Origin: Eledone cirrhosa
Taxonomy: Eukaryota
Direction: 5' to 3'
NCBI GenBank assembly: GCA_964016885.1
Contig: OZ024752.1
Span: 41,292,001-41,356,000, forward strand
DNA: 64,000 nt
How positions within the stretch are numbered: the stretch's first letter is position 1; each line of letters opens with the position of its first letter. This document shows positions 13,322 through 28,314 of this stretch, one piece after another. The translations under genes and the position numbers were made by a program. The notes beneath the pieces were generated by a model. That model was not told the DNA's origin, did not search any database, and saw only the letters and a program-made list of their open reading frames with translations.

Positions 13322-14924
13322 AATATGATAATAATGGAGCTGCGGCGTTGCAAATGGGTTACATATGAAAAAGTTTGTCCTTCATCAGTGGCCTTCCAAC
13401 CGTCGTAGGCATTTCATCGCTTTAAATGCCATATACCTCAGGTTGGTGCGAGCAACGGCTAAAAAAAGTCGTTGGGACACGTAAATAAAGGGGACGCTAG
13501 GGTAAACAAACAAAATGGTTTAAGCAACAGAAAGATATATATATATATATAAAGGGCTTCCTGGTGATTTCTCCCGAATGAAACAGTTTTAGTCCTGCAG
13601 AAGCCCTTTCTTTATTAAATATGTATATATATATGTGTGTGTGTGAGCGTATGCGTATGTGAAAGTGTTTGGGTGTGTGTGTGTATTTTCATGTGTGAGT
13701 GTGTGTGCGCATATGCGTGAATGTGTAGCCATGTTGTGTGTATTTTCATGCCTGTGTGTATATGTATATGCGTGTGTGTATGTATGTGTAGCCATGTTTG
13801 TGTAGCCATGTTGTGTGTATTTTCATGCCTGTGCGTATATGTATATGCGTGTGTGTATGTATGTGTAGCCATGTTTGTGTCGCCATGTTGTGTGTATTTT
13901 CATGCGTGTGTGTATATGTATATGCGTGTGTGTATGTATGTGTTGCCATGTTTGTGTGTGTATATATGTGTGTGTGTGCTTCCATGTGTGTGCGCCTGCG
14001 TGCTGTCGTGCGTGTTTGTACGCGTGCCGAGCGGAGCCGAGCGGTGCCGAAGGCAGGAAGAGGCCAGAAACATGTTTTGCTTGATGTCTCCTGGGTATTG
14101 TGTTCACACTTTACTGTAATAGACAAGACAATTACATCTAGACGGGGGAGAGGAGAGAAGTGGTGGGAGAGAGAGAGAGGGGGAGAGAGAAAGAGAGAGA
14201 GGGAAAGAGAGGGAGAGTCTGAGAGAGAGAAAGAGAGAGAAAGATGGTGTGAGAGAGGGAGAGAGAGGGGTAGAGTGAGAGAGAGAGAAATAGAGAGAAA
14301 GATAGGGTGAGAGAGAGAGAGAAAGAGAGGGAGAGTGAGAGAGAGAGAAAGAGAGAGAAAGTTGGGGGGGGGGGTGAGAGAGAGAGAATGAAAGAAAGAG
14401 AGGGTGAGAGTGAGACGGAGAGAGAGAAAGACGGAAAGAGGGAGAGAGAGAGAGAGAGAGACGGAGAGAGGGAAAGAAAGCGAGAGAGAGGGGGTGAGAG
14501 AGAGAGAGAAAGATATATATATATAGAGAGAGAAAGAGAGAGAGAGAAAAAGACGGAGAAAAGGAGAGAGACGGAGAGAGAAAGAGAGAGGGAAAGAAAG
14601 CGAGAGAAAGGAGGGGAGAGAGAAAGATATATATATATAGAGAGAGAGAGAAAGAGAGAAAGAGAGCCAAATTAACTGCTTATCAAAAAACCTTATATAA
14701 ACACAGTTTAGCGTCAATGAGGTTGTGTTCCCAAGGGGAGATAAACAAATATTAACCAGTTTTACTTGATTGGCACAGGATGATGGCAACGCGCATGCGT
14801 GTCGGTCAATAATGCGGCTGGATGGAATTACAATGTGGGAGAAGAGATTGATGAAACAGAGATATATAGATTAGGCACAGAGAAAGAGAGAGAGAGTACA
14901 GGATATATAGAGAGAGACGGATAG

Positions 14925-17593
<2,669 letters not shown>

Positions 17594-17598
<5 letters not shown>

Positions 17599-17802
17599 AA
17601 CGAGTAAGACCCCGACGGCTGAGCTCAAGCCGTTTCGACGGCTAATTCTGGACTAAAACTTTTTAGTCCAGAATTAGCCGTCGAAGCGGCTTGAGCTCAG
17701 CCGTCGGGGTCCTACTCGTTCATATTACCCACTCTACTACCCTAGGTATTGAGTACTTTGGTGCGTTATGGTCCATCTGGTTCCTTACCACATTTCCTTC
17801 GT

Positions 17803-17804
<2 letters not shown>
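17594..17804 (+). mobile_element. Fold-back Penelope-like insertion (family D) in (TA)n
   Basis: ~65-bp inverted arms centred near 17659, then tail tacccactctactaccctaggtattgagtactttggtgcgttatggtcca...ccttcgtta. Confidence 0.7.
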
Positions 17805-17845
<41 letters not shown>

Positions 17846-17998
17846 CATATGTCTTTAAAGAAGATAATGTGTGTAATAGGTGTAAATTGAAATAAAATTA
17901 GTTTGAGTGTGAAGACACACGTGTCTGTGCATGTAAGTACACTTGAAGCTGGGGAGACAATTGAAGACAAAAGAAACGACAAAGAGATTCAAGAGAGA

Positions 17999-18063
<65 letters not shown>

Positions 18064-18462
18064 AGAGAATTAGATAGATAGATAGAGAGATTGAGAGAGA
18101 GAGAAATAAGAGGAGTTGTGTGATTAATTTTAACACATTTATAATTAGGAAAAGATAATCGATGGCAGAGTTGCTGTAGTTTAAAATGAATTGTCTCCTC
18201 ACAATCCCCCAAAGACCCGGTAGGTTGACAAGGATAAAATGAGACACTGTAAGAGAGAAATAATGTGAAGAAGTGATATTTCTATAGAACAAAATAGCTG
18301 TTAAATGTTGCAGCTTATATACGTAATTTTTGATCGGTTTCACACCAGAGCTGATGTATGTTTGTAAAATTAGGTGTTGGGGAACAGATGTATGAAGATC
18401 GGCTGAAAATGTCTTAAGCTGACTATGAAGGATTGATGCTGTTATTAATTACCTAAGCATGG

Positions 18463-19008
18463 AGGGCGGTGAATTTGTCAGTATCGGTAGAGGGTTGGAC
18501 GCCATGGTTTCTAGCATTGTTATGTCCCTTTACGGGCTGAGTTCAAATCCCGTCGAGGTTAACTTTGCCTTTCATCCTTACGGGGTCGATAAAATAAAGT
18601 ACCAGTAATACACTGGCCTTGTGCCAAAAGTAGAAACAATTATTATTATTATTATTTGTGGCAGATTGGCAGTATCGATAGAGAGTCGGACACCATGCTT
18701 TTGCAGCATAGAGTTACGGCCCTTGTCATTCTTGAGTTCAAATCCCGCCGAGGTTAACTTTGCCTTTCATCCTTACGGGGTCGATAAAATAAAGTACCAG
18801 TAATGCACTGAAATAATTGCTGGCCTTGTGCCTAAAGTAGAAACAGTTATTAATTACCTATGTATGGAGGGCGGTGAATTGGCAGTATCGGTAGAGGGTT
18901 GGACGCCATGGTTTCTAGCATTGTTATGTCTCTTTACGGGCTGAGTTCAAATCCCGTCGAGGTTAACTTTGCCTTTCATCCTTACGGGGTCGATAAAATA
19001 AAGTACTA
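18463..19008 (+). mobile_element. Three adjacent SINE family 1 copies (partly a local tandem duplication)
   Basis: Copies start at about 18463, 18659 and 18868; the 5' flank ttattaattaccta.g.atggagggcggtgaatt occurs twice. Confidence 0.85.
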
Positions 19009-19257
19009 GAATGGTGTTAACCCATGGACGATGAAGATATTTCTGTCTGAAAGGAAAGAGGAGGAGAAGATTACTTGAATGAATGTAAGAAATTATATCT
19101 CTGCTCCTCAATAAATACTGTGAACGGTGTTGTACCATGGAAGTAATAAATAAAATAAAGATCTCAGTCGAATGAATGGATGGATGAAAAAGGCTTTTCA
19201 AATGATGATTGGATAAGTTGATTCTCTGCTGATCTTTCACCTACTATATATATATAT

Positions 19258-19589
19258 AATGCACGGCTTTAGAATTCTTAATAGAACGAATTCTATTCTT
19301 CAGGTCCTGCTGGAAGGAATTGCTCCTATTCCGAAATTTAATACTCCGTATGAGTTCCAAGACATCATTTTCAAAGGGTAGCAATGCTGGGTTACACGGA
19401 GGGTTATTATAAGTTTTAAACCCAAATTTATCCTTTGTTGTCAGCTTTTCACGGATTATCGAAATAAAAGGCACGCCAACGCCACCTTTTAATGAACGCG
19501 TCTGTTTTCTGTATCAGGAGTTTTAGGTATGTTTTCCTGCTTGGTACGGGTATGTTCTTTGTAGAAATATTCAGATGTTGTTTCTGCAT
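19258..19589 (-). pseudogene. Frameshifted N-terminal fragment of a Penelope-like reverse transcriptase ORF
   Basis: MQKQHLNISTKNIPVPSRKTYLKLLIQKTDAFIKRWRWRAFYFDNP, frameshift, EKLTTKDKFGFKTYNNPPCNPALLPFENDVLELIRSIKFRNRSNSFQQDLKNRIRSIKNSKAV. Resembles the S.KNIP.P / RMRW.A.F / FGFK..PP...FE.D region preceding the ADK motif. Breaks off in (TA)n. Confidence 0.7.
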
Positions 19590-19817
19590 GATGAATATAA
19601 GTTAATAGAGTGCTCAACCGAGGGAGCCAAATAGTAATTTTGTAGTGGCATAATCAACGTTTCCACGAACCAAAGTATTGCATCGCCAATAAAAACGAGG
19701 ATGAAGACGCCGCCATTAAAAAACAATGTGAAAACCACGAACACCACTTTACTGCCTTCGATATTGTCTCTTCTAACGATGCCAGGATTGACTGAGACTG
19801 AATGTTCACTGAACTGA

Positions 19818-20357
19818 TAGATCGTCTGTTACACTCACCACCGCCATTGTTAGATCATCTGCCAAACTCACCCCCGCCATTGTTAGATCGTCTGCCAATT
19901 TCACCTCTGCCATTGTTAGATCGTCTGCCAAATTCAACCCGCCATTGCTAGATCGTCTGTTATCGTCTATTAAACTCACTCCAGTCATTGTTAGATCGTC
20001 TGTTAAACTCACCCCCGCCATTGCTAGATCATCTGTTAAACTCACTCCAGCCTTTGTTAGATCGTCCGTTAAACTCACCCCCGCCATTGCTAGATCGTCT
20101 GTTAAACTCACCCTCGCCATTGCTAGATCGTCTGTTAAACTCACCCCGCCATTGCTAGATCATCTGTTAACCTCACCTCCGCCATTGTTAGATCGTCTGT
20201 TAACCTCACCTCCGCCATTGAAAGATCGCCTGTTAAACTCACCCCGCCCCGCCATTGTAAGATCGTCTTCCAAACTAACCCCCGCCATTGTTAGATCGTC
20301 TGCCAAATTCACCCCCGCCCCTGCCATTACTAGATCGTCTGTTAAACTCACCCCTGC
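19818..20357. repeat. 33-bp minisatellite, about 16 copies
   Basis: Unit TAGATCGTCTGTTAAACTCACCCCCGCCATTG(T/C); gives 11-aa periodic translations on both strands. Confidence 0.9.
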
Positions 20358-20559
20358 AATTTTCTCACCTCCATCTTAGGCGTTGCTCCGAGGACATTTA
20401 TTTAGTGTTTTCCAAAGCAAGATGGAGGATAATGTTGCCAAGCTACAATATCATTCCTCGGTGTCTTGGAAAGACCAGTGACAGTGCAAAAAAGACAAAT
20501 GGGATTTCCCGATATAGAATAACCTCTGCGTATTTTTCTATGTATGTATGTGTGTGTGT

Positions 20560-20655
<96 letters not shown>

Positions 20656-21074
20656 CTCTCTCTCTCTCTCTCTCTCTGTGGGTGTGGTGTGTGTGTGTAC
20701 ATATAGAGAGACGCATAGATAGATAGATGAAAGATGAGAAGATTAGTTTTATATATGTATGTGTGTGTCTGTGTAAATGTGTAAATGTGCATCTACATTT
20801 ATCTATCTATCTATAGATTTGTATGGATGTGTTTGTGCAAGTGCAAAGTGAGTATGTGTAAATATGTATCTAAATTTATCTATCTATGTATCTATTTGTG
20901 TGGATGTGTTTGTGCAAAGTGACTACGTGAAAATATGTATCTAAATTTATCTATTTATCTATATGTATGGATGTGCTTGTGTCTGTGTATCTATCTGTAT
21001 GCATGTGCTCCTGAGTGGAGACTATATGTAAATGTGTATCGAAATTTATCTATCTATCTATCTATCTATCTATA

Positions 21075-21114
<40 letters not shown>

Positions 21115-21115
<1 letters not shown>

Positions 21116-21580
21116 CGCTAGCTATGGCGAAAGAGGTTGTATGGTGGACGAGGTTAAAAGGGCTGAGGTCAGACACCTTTCTCTCCGGCCAACAACTGAT
21201 TCTTTTTTTCAAATACCACTTTGGAAGAAGAATCAGGATGGAGAGAGAGGTGCTGTACCCCAGCAAGTTTTATGAAAGGTGGGTGAAAGTGGCGAGAATG
21301 GCCCGAGTGAATGGGCCTTCTCTCTATATCAGCCTGTAGGTTGAGGAAAAAGAGGAGGAGAGGAAGGGAGTACAAACTCTTCGTACTCCTGGAGATGAGG
21401 GTTGCACATTTTTTCGGGGGTATGTGTTACCCATATGAACTGTCTCCCCCTATTGGGGAAAATCGACTAATTTTTTAAATTGCATTTGTGATAATATTTT
21501 ACACGTTTTTATTGTATGTAAACTTCCCCCTTTGTATTTATCCCCTTCTTTTGTGCCCCTGTGGCTAATAAAGAAACATA
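21115..21580 (+). mobile_element. L1/Tx1-type 3' fragment, same family
   Basis: AMAKEVVWWTRLKGLRSDTFLSGQQLILFFKYHFGRRIRMEREVLYPSKFYERWVKVARMARVNGPSLYISL*; (TATC)n on both flanks. Confidence 0.75.
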
Positions 21581-22098
21581 TCTATCTATCTATCTATCTA
21601 TAATGTGCCCCTGTGGCTAATAAAGAAACATATCTATCTATAATGTATGGATGTACTTGTACCTGTCTATTTATTTATATGGGTGTGCTTGTGCATGGTG
21701 ACTACATGTTTATGTGTGTATGTTCGTGTTGGTGAATTTTACTATGTTAGCCTGCAACAAAAATACATGTTACAGATTTATTGATAAATAAGGAGAAAGC
21801 AGACGACAGCGGAAGTAGTAGGCATGTGTAGCTCATGAGAAGAAATAACATTTTTTACGCTCTGAGGAAACAAGATATTTGTATTGTTTATTAGATTTTC
21901 GTACAAGGCATATAACGATGTTAATTAAATCTTGTCCGTCCCCTTTTAAACACGGATGCTGTTGTAGGGAAGACATCGCCATTATTTGTTACAGCGTTGT
22001 ATTTGCTTCTAACTGTATGTGTTCATTGGAATACATGCCGTGTCCGTGTCCACGAGTTTCTCTCTCTCTCTCTATCTCTCTCTCTCTCTCCCCCCCCC

Positions 22099-22129
<31 letters not shown>

Positions 22130-22173
22130 ATCTCTCTCCCTCCCTCTCTTTCATACTCTCTCTTTCTCTCTCT

Positions 22174-22220
<47 letters not shown>

Positions 22221-22418
22221 CTCTCTCCTTCCTTCTCTTTCATACTCTCTCTTTCTCTCTCTTTCTATATATATATATATATATTTATGTATGTATATGT
22301 CTGTGTATATATGTATATATATATATAATCTCTCTCGCTTTCTCTCTATCTCCCTCTCTCTCCATCTCTCTCTCTCTCTCTATCCATCTCTCTCTCCATC
22401 TCTCTCTCCATCTCTCTC

Positions 22419-22451
<33 letters not shown>

Positions 22452-22454
22452 ATC

Positions 22455-22504
<50 letters not shown>

Positions 22505-22747
22505 CACACACACAGTAACTGTATCGGCATTTATCACGACTTCTGTATCATCAGTCACGGACAAAAGCCGTCAGTTCCAAGAGGAGAAGAAATATGAGCC
22601 TTCAACAATTCTCTGTTTCTGAACATGTTTCCTGCTTAACCCCTACCCTACCCCGCCCTTCCAACCACTCCCCCCCTCCCATCCCTTCCACACACACACA
22701 CACACAGAGACACACACAGACACACACACACACACACGCACACACGC

Positions 22748-22779
<32 letters not shown>

Positions 22780-22789
22780 ACACACACGC

Positions 22790-22877
<88 letters not shown>

Positions 22878-23023
22878 GCACACGCACAAATCATTTCTGA
22901 AACCCCTCCAGTTCAATTACCAATATTTGGTCTTTGTTCGTCCGTTTTTCCTCAACTTAGGTGGTCCCAATCTAAAACCGGCCATTGGAATCCTCTTACG
23001 TGGGCCGGCTGAAACGCTCATAA

Positions 23024-23841
23024 GCTGACCAAGATACTCTCATGGAATGACCAAATGTACAATATATATTTTCAGGGAGATTGACTTCATATAGTCAGTT
23101 GTTATTACTGTTATTTAACCCATGCTGTGAAGGCGCATGGTTTAGTGGTTAGAGCATTGGGCTTGCAATCGAAAGGTTGTGAGCTCAATTCTCGGACCGG
23201 GTGATGTGTTGTTTCCTTGAGCAAGACACTTTATTTCACGTTGCTCCAGCTTACTCAGCTGTAGAAATGAGATGATAGGACTAAGATCCCTATCATTAAA
23301 TTACCCAAGACACCTCCAACGAGATATACCTTGGAGGAGGCCAGCTAAACCTGCATAGGTGTGAGCTGTCACATATATATATATATATATATGTAACCCA
23401 AGGACAACTCTTATTGGATATAGTTTATGTGCAACAGCCTTCCGATCATAACCATCCATTTTTTTTTATTTTTTCGTATCTAATACTAAATTTTTCAGTA
23501 CTTTCTATGTTTGTTAAGACAACAGGGTAGTTGTTAAGAAAATCTGAGGTTTATTTCTGTTATGTTTTTATTGGTCAGATGCTGACCAAGATACTCTCAT
23601 GGAACGACTAAATGCCCAATTTGACTTCATATAGTCAGTTGTTACTGCTGTTATTTAACCCAAGGCCAACTCTTTTTGGATATAGTTTATAGTTTATGTG
23701 CAACAGCCTTTTGACCATAACCATCCATTTTTTTCTTTTTTCCTATCTAATACTAAATTGTTCAGTACTTTCTATGTTTGTTAAGACAGCAGGGTAGTTT
23801 TTAAGAAAATCTGAGGTTTATTTCTATCATGTTGGTCAGAT
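23024..23841. repeat. Direct duplication of a ~260-bp segment; first copy interrupted by a SINE
   Basis: gctgaccaagatactctcatggaa at 23024 and 23581; both copies end ttggtcagatg. Confidence 0.85.
23123..23393 (+). mobile_element. tRNA-derived SINE family 2 with 7-bp TSD
   Basis: GAAGGCGCATGGTTTAGTGGTTAGAGC (A box), core CCTTGAGCAAGACACTTTATTTCACGTTGCTCC, (TA)n tail. TAACCCA is duplicated at 23116-23122 and 23394-23400. Confidence 0.85.
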
Positions 23842-24138
23842 GTCTTTATTCCAAGACTGAGGGAAGAAATCACCTTGGAATGACAGCTAGAGAAACAAAT
23901 AGAGAAGTATGGGTTGTGTTATATTCACACTACATGGTATCTTGGACAGATGACTTCCATACAATTGGGTTGATCAAATCTTGTAAATGGAATTTGGTAG
24001 GTGGAAATTGCAGAAGTCCATTTCATAATGTTTATATATATAATATATATATGTATAGGGGGGGGGGGGTTCCAGTCTGTATTTATGCCCCGTAACTTAG
24101 CTGTTCGCCAAAACGTTATCGACAAAATAACTATAATG

Positions 24139-24182
<44 letters not shown>

Positions 24183-24344
24183 TTAGAAAGTAAGGCGACA
24201 CAAACAAGAGATGGACAATTTCCCTTCATCAGTTGTCATCTACGGGTCACAGATGTTTCAGCGAATTATAGACAATACATCTATCCATATCGCGCCAATA
24301 GCCTTTTATTTTTATCTATCAAAAGATGACAGAAGTAAACCTCA

Positions 24345-24380
<36 letters not shown>

Positions 24381-24432
24381 GTATGTTTATTATTTATATC
24401 AATTACCGTCTTGTATTCTGTTTTTTCCTTCG

Positions 24433-24506
<74 letters not shown>

Positions 24507-24595
24507 CTCGCTATATATATATATATATGTGTGTGTGTGGGGGGGGGTGTATTTTGTGTGTGTGTCTCTCGCTATATATATATATATATATATAC

Positions 24596-24640
<45 letters not shown>

Positions 24641-24657
24641 GTATGTGTGTCTCTCGC

Positions 24658-24696
<39 letters not shown>

Positions 24697-24703
24697 CTCT
24701 CGC

Positions 24704-24755
<52 letters not shown>

Positions 24756-24844
24756 TGTGTGTGAGCAGAGGGAGTAGGAGAGGTGGAGAGATAGATTGTT
24801 TAACCGATCAATAGAAAGATACATAGGTAGATAGATAAATAGAT

Positions 24845-24913
<69 letters not shown>

Positions 24914-26050
24914 TAATTCAACAAGTCAACATTGATATGTTTTATTTCTCTTGCTTTCTTGGGACATGCGTGAATTTTAACTTAACACGACAAACATGCA
25001 ACATACAACATTGTATCTTCTTACATGTAGTACATATATAGAAATGGGTTCACTGCACCAGCTATAGTTGTATATCTTAGCTATAGACATGATACAAAGT
25101 TTTGGCTCAGTAAATCGATATCCCTCGAGATATTTGGGGAGCTGTAATTCTCTCTCTCACTCTCTCTCTCTTTTCTTTCTCTCTCTCTCTCCCTCTTTCT
25201 CTCTCTCCTCTCTCTCCGGCTCTCTCTCTCTCAGATTCAGTTTCATTAGATATAAAATTTTCACGTATATTTCCCCCATCAGTCACTGCAGTAATTTTAT
25301 GATATACTTCCAAGTTATAAAATATTACTATCGCTGAACAGTTAAGAAGTGCATATCCCTTACCACGAGGCCTGTTATCATTGACCAGGGTCGACCTCCA
25401 ACCTTGTCAGTCGCCTTCTCGATTCTGTCCTCCGGGGCCAGCACGTGGGACCCCATTTGCTCACCATACAGAGAGATGGTTGGATCCTTGTGGTTGAAAG
25501 CCTAAAATATATTTCAATTTGGGTTTAGTGTAAATGTCAAATTGAGAAAACAAATGAGTTTAAACATAGAAAATTAACCATTTTAGATTTTGTTACTGGG
25601 TAAATGAAAACCGTGCGAAAATGTCAAATTCAAATAACTAGGCAACCCATAAAATTGGGGGGGGGGGGGGCACCAATATGATTGACTGACTTGTCATTTT
25701 ATCAGACAGATGTACATATGTATCATATAGGAACATCATATTATGAAGTATCAATAACTAGGCTAGTCACACCACACACTGCTCTATCACGCTGACTGAG
25801 TCTGAGAATCACGTTAATCCTTAACGTACTCTGAGGCCCAGATCATATTTCTTCCCTTCCAATGTTCTCGTCTTCTCTCAATTCAGTCGCCATTTTGAAT
25901 TGTCATCTACCAATTGTATTCCTAGTTATACTTTTACAATGTTAATTACTAAAACAAATTATTAAAGCAAACTAATTTATTAAGATTTATTTAACTGTTA
26001 ATTTGTATCACCCTTATAGTTGGATATATTGGTATTTCATTTGAAATATA

Positions 26051-26150
26051 CAGGGTGTCCCCCAAAACTGTATACATATTTGATTACCTGTACAGGCAAT
26101 ATTTATTAGAATGTTGTTGAAATGTGTATACAGTTTTGTGGGACACCCTG
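26051..26150. mobile_element. 100-bp Tc1/mariner-type MITE
   Basis: TA-CAGGGTGTCCCCCAAAACTGTATACA ... TGTATACAGTTTTGTGGGACACCCTG-TA. A solo TIR lies at about 35849. Confidence 0.85.
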
Positions 26151-27049
26151 TATATATATATACAGTATATGTGTGTGTGTGTGTGTGTGTGTACAATGTA
26201 CACTATACTTTCGCAGTTGCGATTCATCCCCTGTTTAGTAGTCTTTCCCAATTCCTCATTTCCCTAAAATTCCTTCCCTGGGAGCAAAGGGCCTCAAGTT
26301 TAATAAACACTGCTTTCAAGGAAACACGTGTCTGTGGAATATTCAACCACTTTCACACTAATTCAATAATCGAGCAGTTTTCAGTTAATCCAACAACTGA
26401 ATACTCATCGTCGAAACCAACCGAGATCCATTTACTTTTACTTCACTACTTTATAGTTATAATGTTTAAGCATGCAATACATACATTCAATTGATAGCTC
26501 CAGTTTGTTGATTCAATTTGTACAGTAATTGCTGCCGTCTATTTTACGATGGTTTTATACGCCATATTTATAAGTTACAGAAATTAGAGAAGCAATTTAT
26601 AGATCCATTTAATGGCTACCATTAAATGGATCTACATTTATAGATCCAACTTGAGGAGCTAGCATTTGATATTACATTGTGACTCTGAGAAAATGTTCTC
26701 TATGTCAGAATATAGTTTTATTTGTATCTAGTTTCTAGATTTGGATTCCTCAATATAATTTATGATGTTTTGAAACGTTTTTTTTTTTTTGTTCTTTGTT
26801 GTTGTTGATGTTGTTAGTATTTGGCTTCAATTTATAGATATATTTGGCAACTGAATTTGATGGATTCAACTTTGACTTCATCTTTTAACATTGCATGTGG
26901 GTTGTGAAGTTGGGTGTAGTTGTCGTATTGCCCTAGATCAGATCAGGTTGAGCAAGAGGGATCATCAAAGGCGTTCAATTCACGAACATTCCATTTTCGT
27001 TTCGGGCATAGTTCAAATTGGACCTCACTATCTCTAAAAAAATAATTCT

Positions 27050-27235
27050 TTCTATTTTTGGCACAAGGCCAGCAATTATCCCAACGCATTACTGGTACTT
27101 TGTTTTATCGACCCCGTAAGGATGAAAGGCAAATTTAACCTCGGCGGGATTTGACCTCAGACCGTAAAGGACCATAACTCTATGCTGCAAAGTATGGCAT
27201 TCTACCCTCTACCGATACTGCCAATCTACCGCCCT
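27050..27235 (-). mobile_element. SINE family 1, full length
   Basis: Reverse complement of the family 1 consensus, ending gccaatctaccgccc. Confidence 0.85.
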
Positions 27236-27349
27236 AAAAGATAATACGAGATGGTCACGGCTAGAAAGACTTTATCATAAATCTGACCTGATGTTAAGCC
27301 ATAACAACGAAAGCTCATGCAGTTATTATACAAGGATTGGTTGATATAT

Positions 27350-28012
27350 ACACATACACACGCACGCACAGATGCACACGCACACACACATATACACACA
27401 TACACTCACATACATAGACAAACAAACATCCACACAAACACACTCATACACACTCATACACACACATACATACACATACATACGCTTGCACACATGCACA
27501 CACACATATACACACATACACATACACACATACATACACGCACGCACACATGCACATGCACACGCACACACACATATACACACACACATACACACACATA
27601 CATAGACAAACAAACATCCACACAAACACACTCATACACACTGATACACACACATACATACACATACATACGCTTGCACACATGCACACACACACATATA
27701 CACACATACACATACACACATACATACACGCACGCACACATGCACACGCACACACACATATACACACACACATACACACACATACATAGACAAACAAACA
27801 CCCACACAAACACACTCATACACACTCATACACACACATACGTACACATACATACGCTTGCACACATGCACACACACACATATACACACATACACATACA
27901 CACATACACACATGCACACGCACACACACATATACACACACACATACACACACATACATAGACAAACAAACACCCACACAAACACACTCATACACACATA
28001 CACACACATATG
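27350..28012. repeat. CA-rich higher-order repeat, period about 170-190 bp
   Basis: catagacaaacaaaca recurs at about 27413, 27601, 27785 and 27957. Confidence 0.85.
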
Positions 28013-28314
28013 CACGTCTGCGCATAACATTGAATAAGTTCGCTCTCTCGAAATTTGATTCAAACTTTGCTAATTGAATCTTCCAGTTTCTGATTTTTTT
28101 TTTTTTTTTTTTCTTTGTAAATCATACCCAGAATATAGATTCAGACAATTACCCACCCCCACACTCTTCGATCTTTGACCTTGAGTTAGGTCAATAGTAA
28201 TCGATATATCCTTCATTCATAGACCGGTGGAAATTGATAACCGATGCTAGGAATCACCAAACTAGACAGCCAAAATCTGGTTGTAATTGACATGTTTCTT
28301 TTCATCGGTACTTT

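Noticed and set aside
23130-23200. tRNA-like sequences here and at 33693 and 35981
   Set aside because: They are SINE heads followed by a shared core and tail; no complete cloverleaf.
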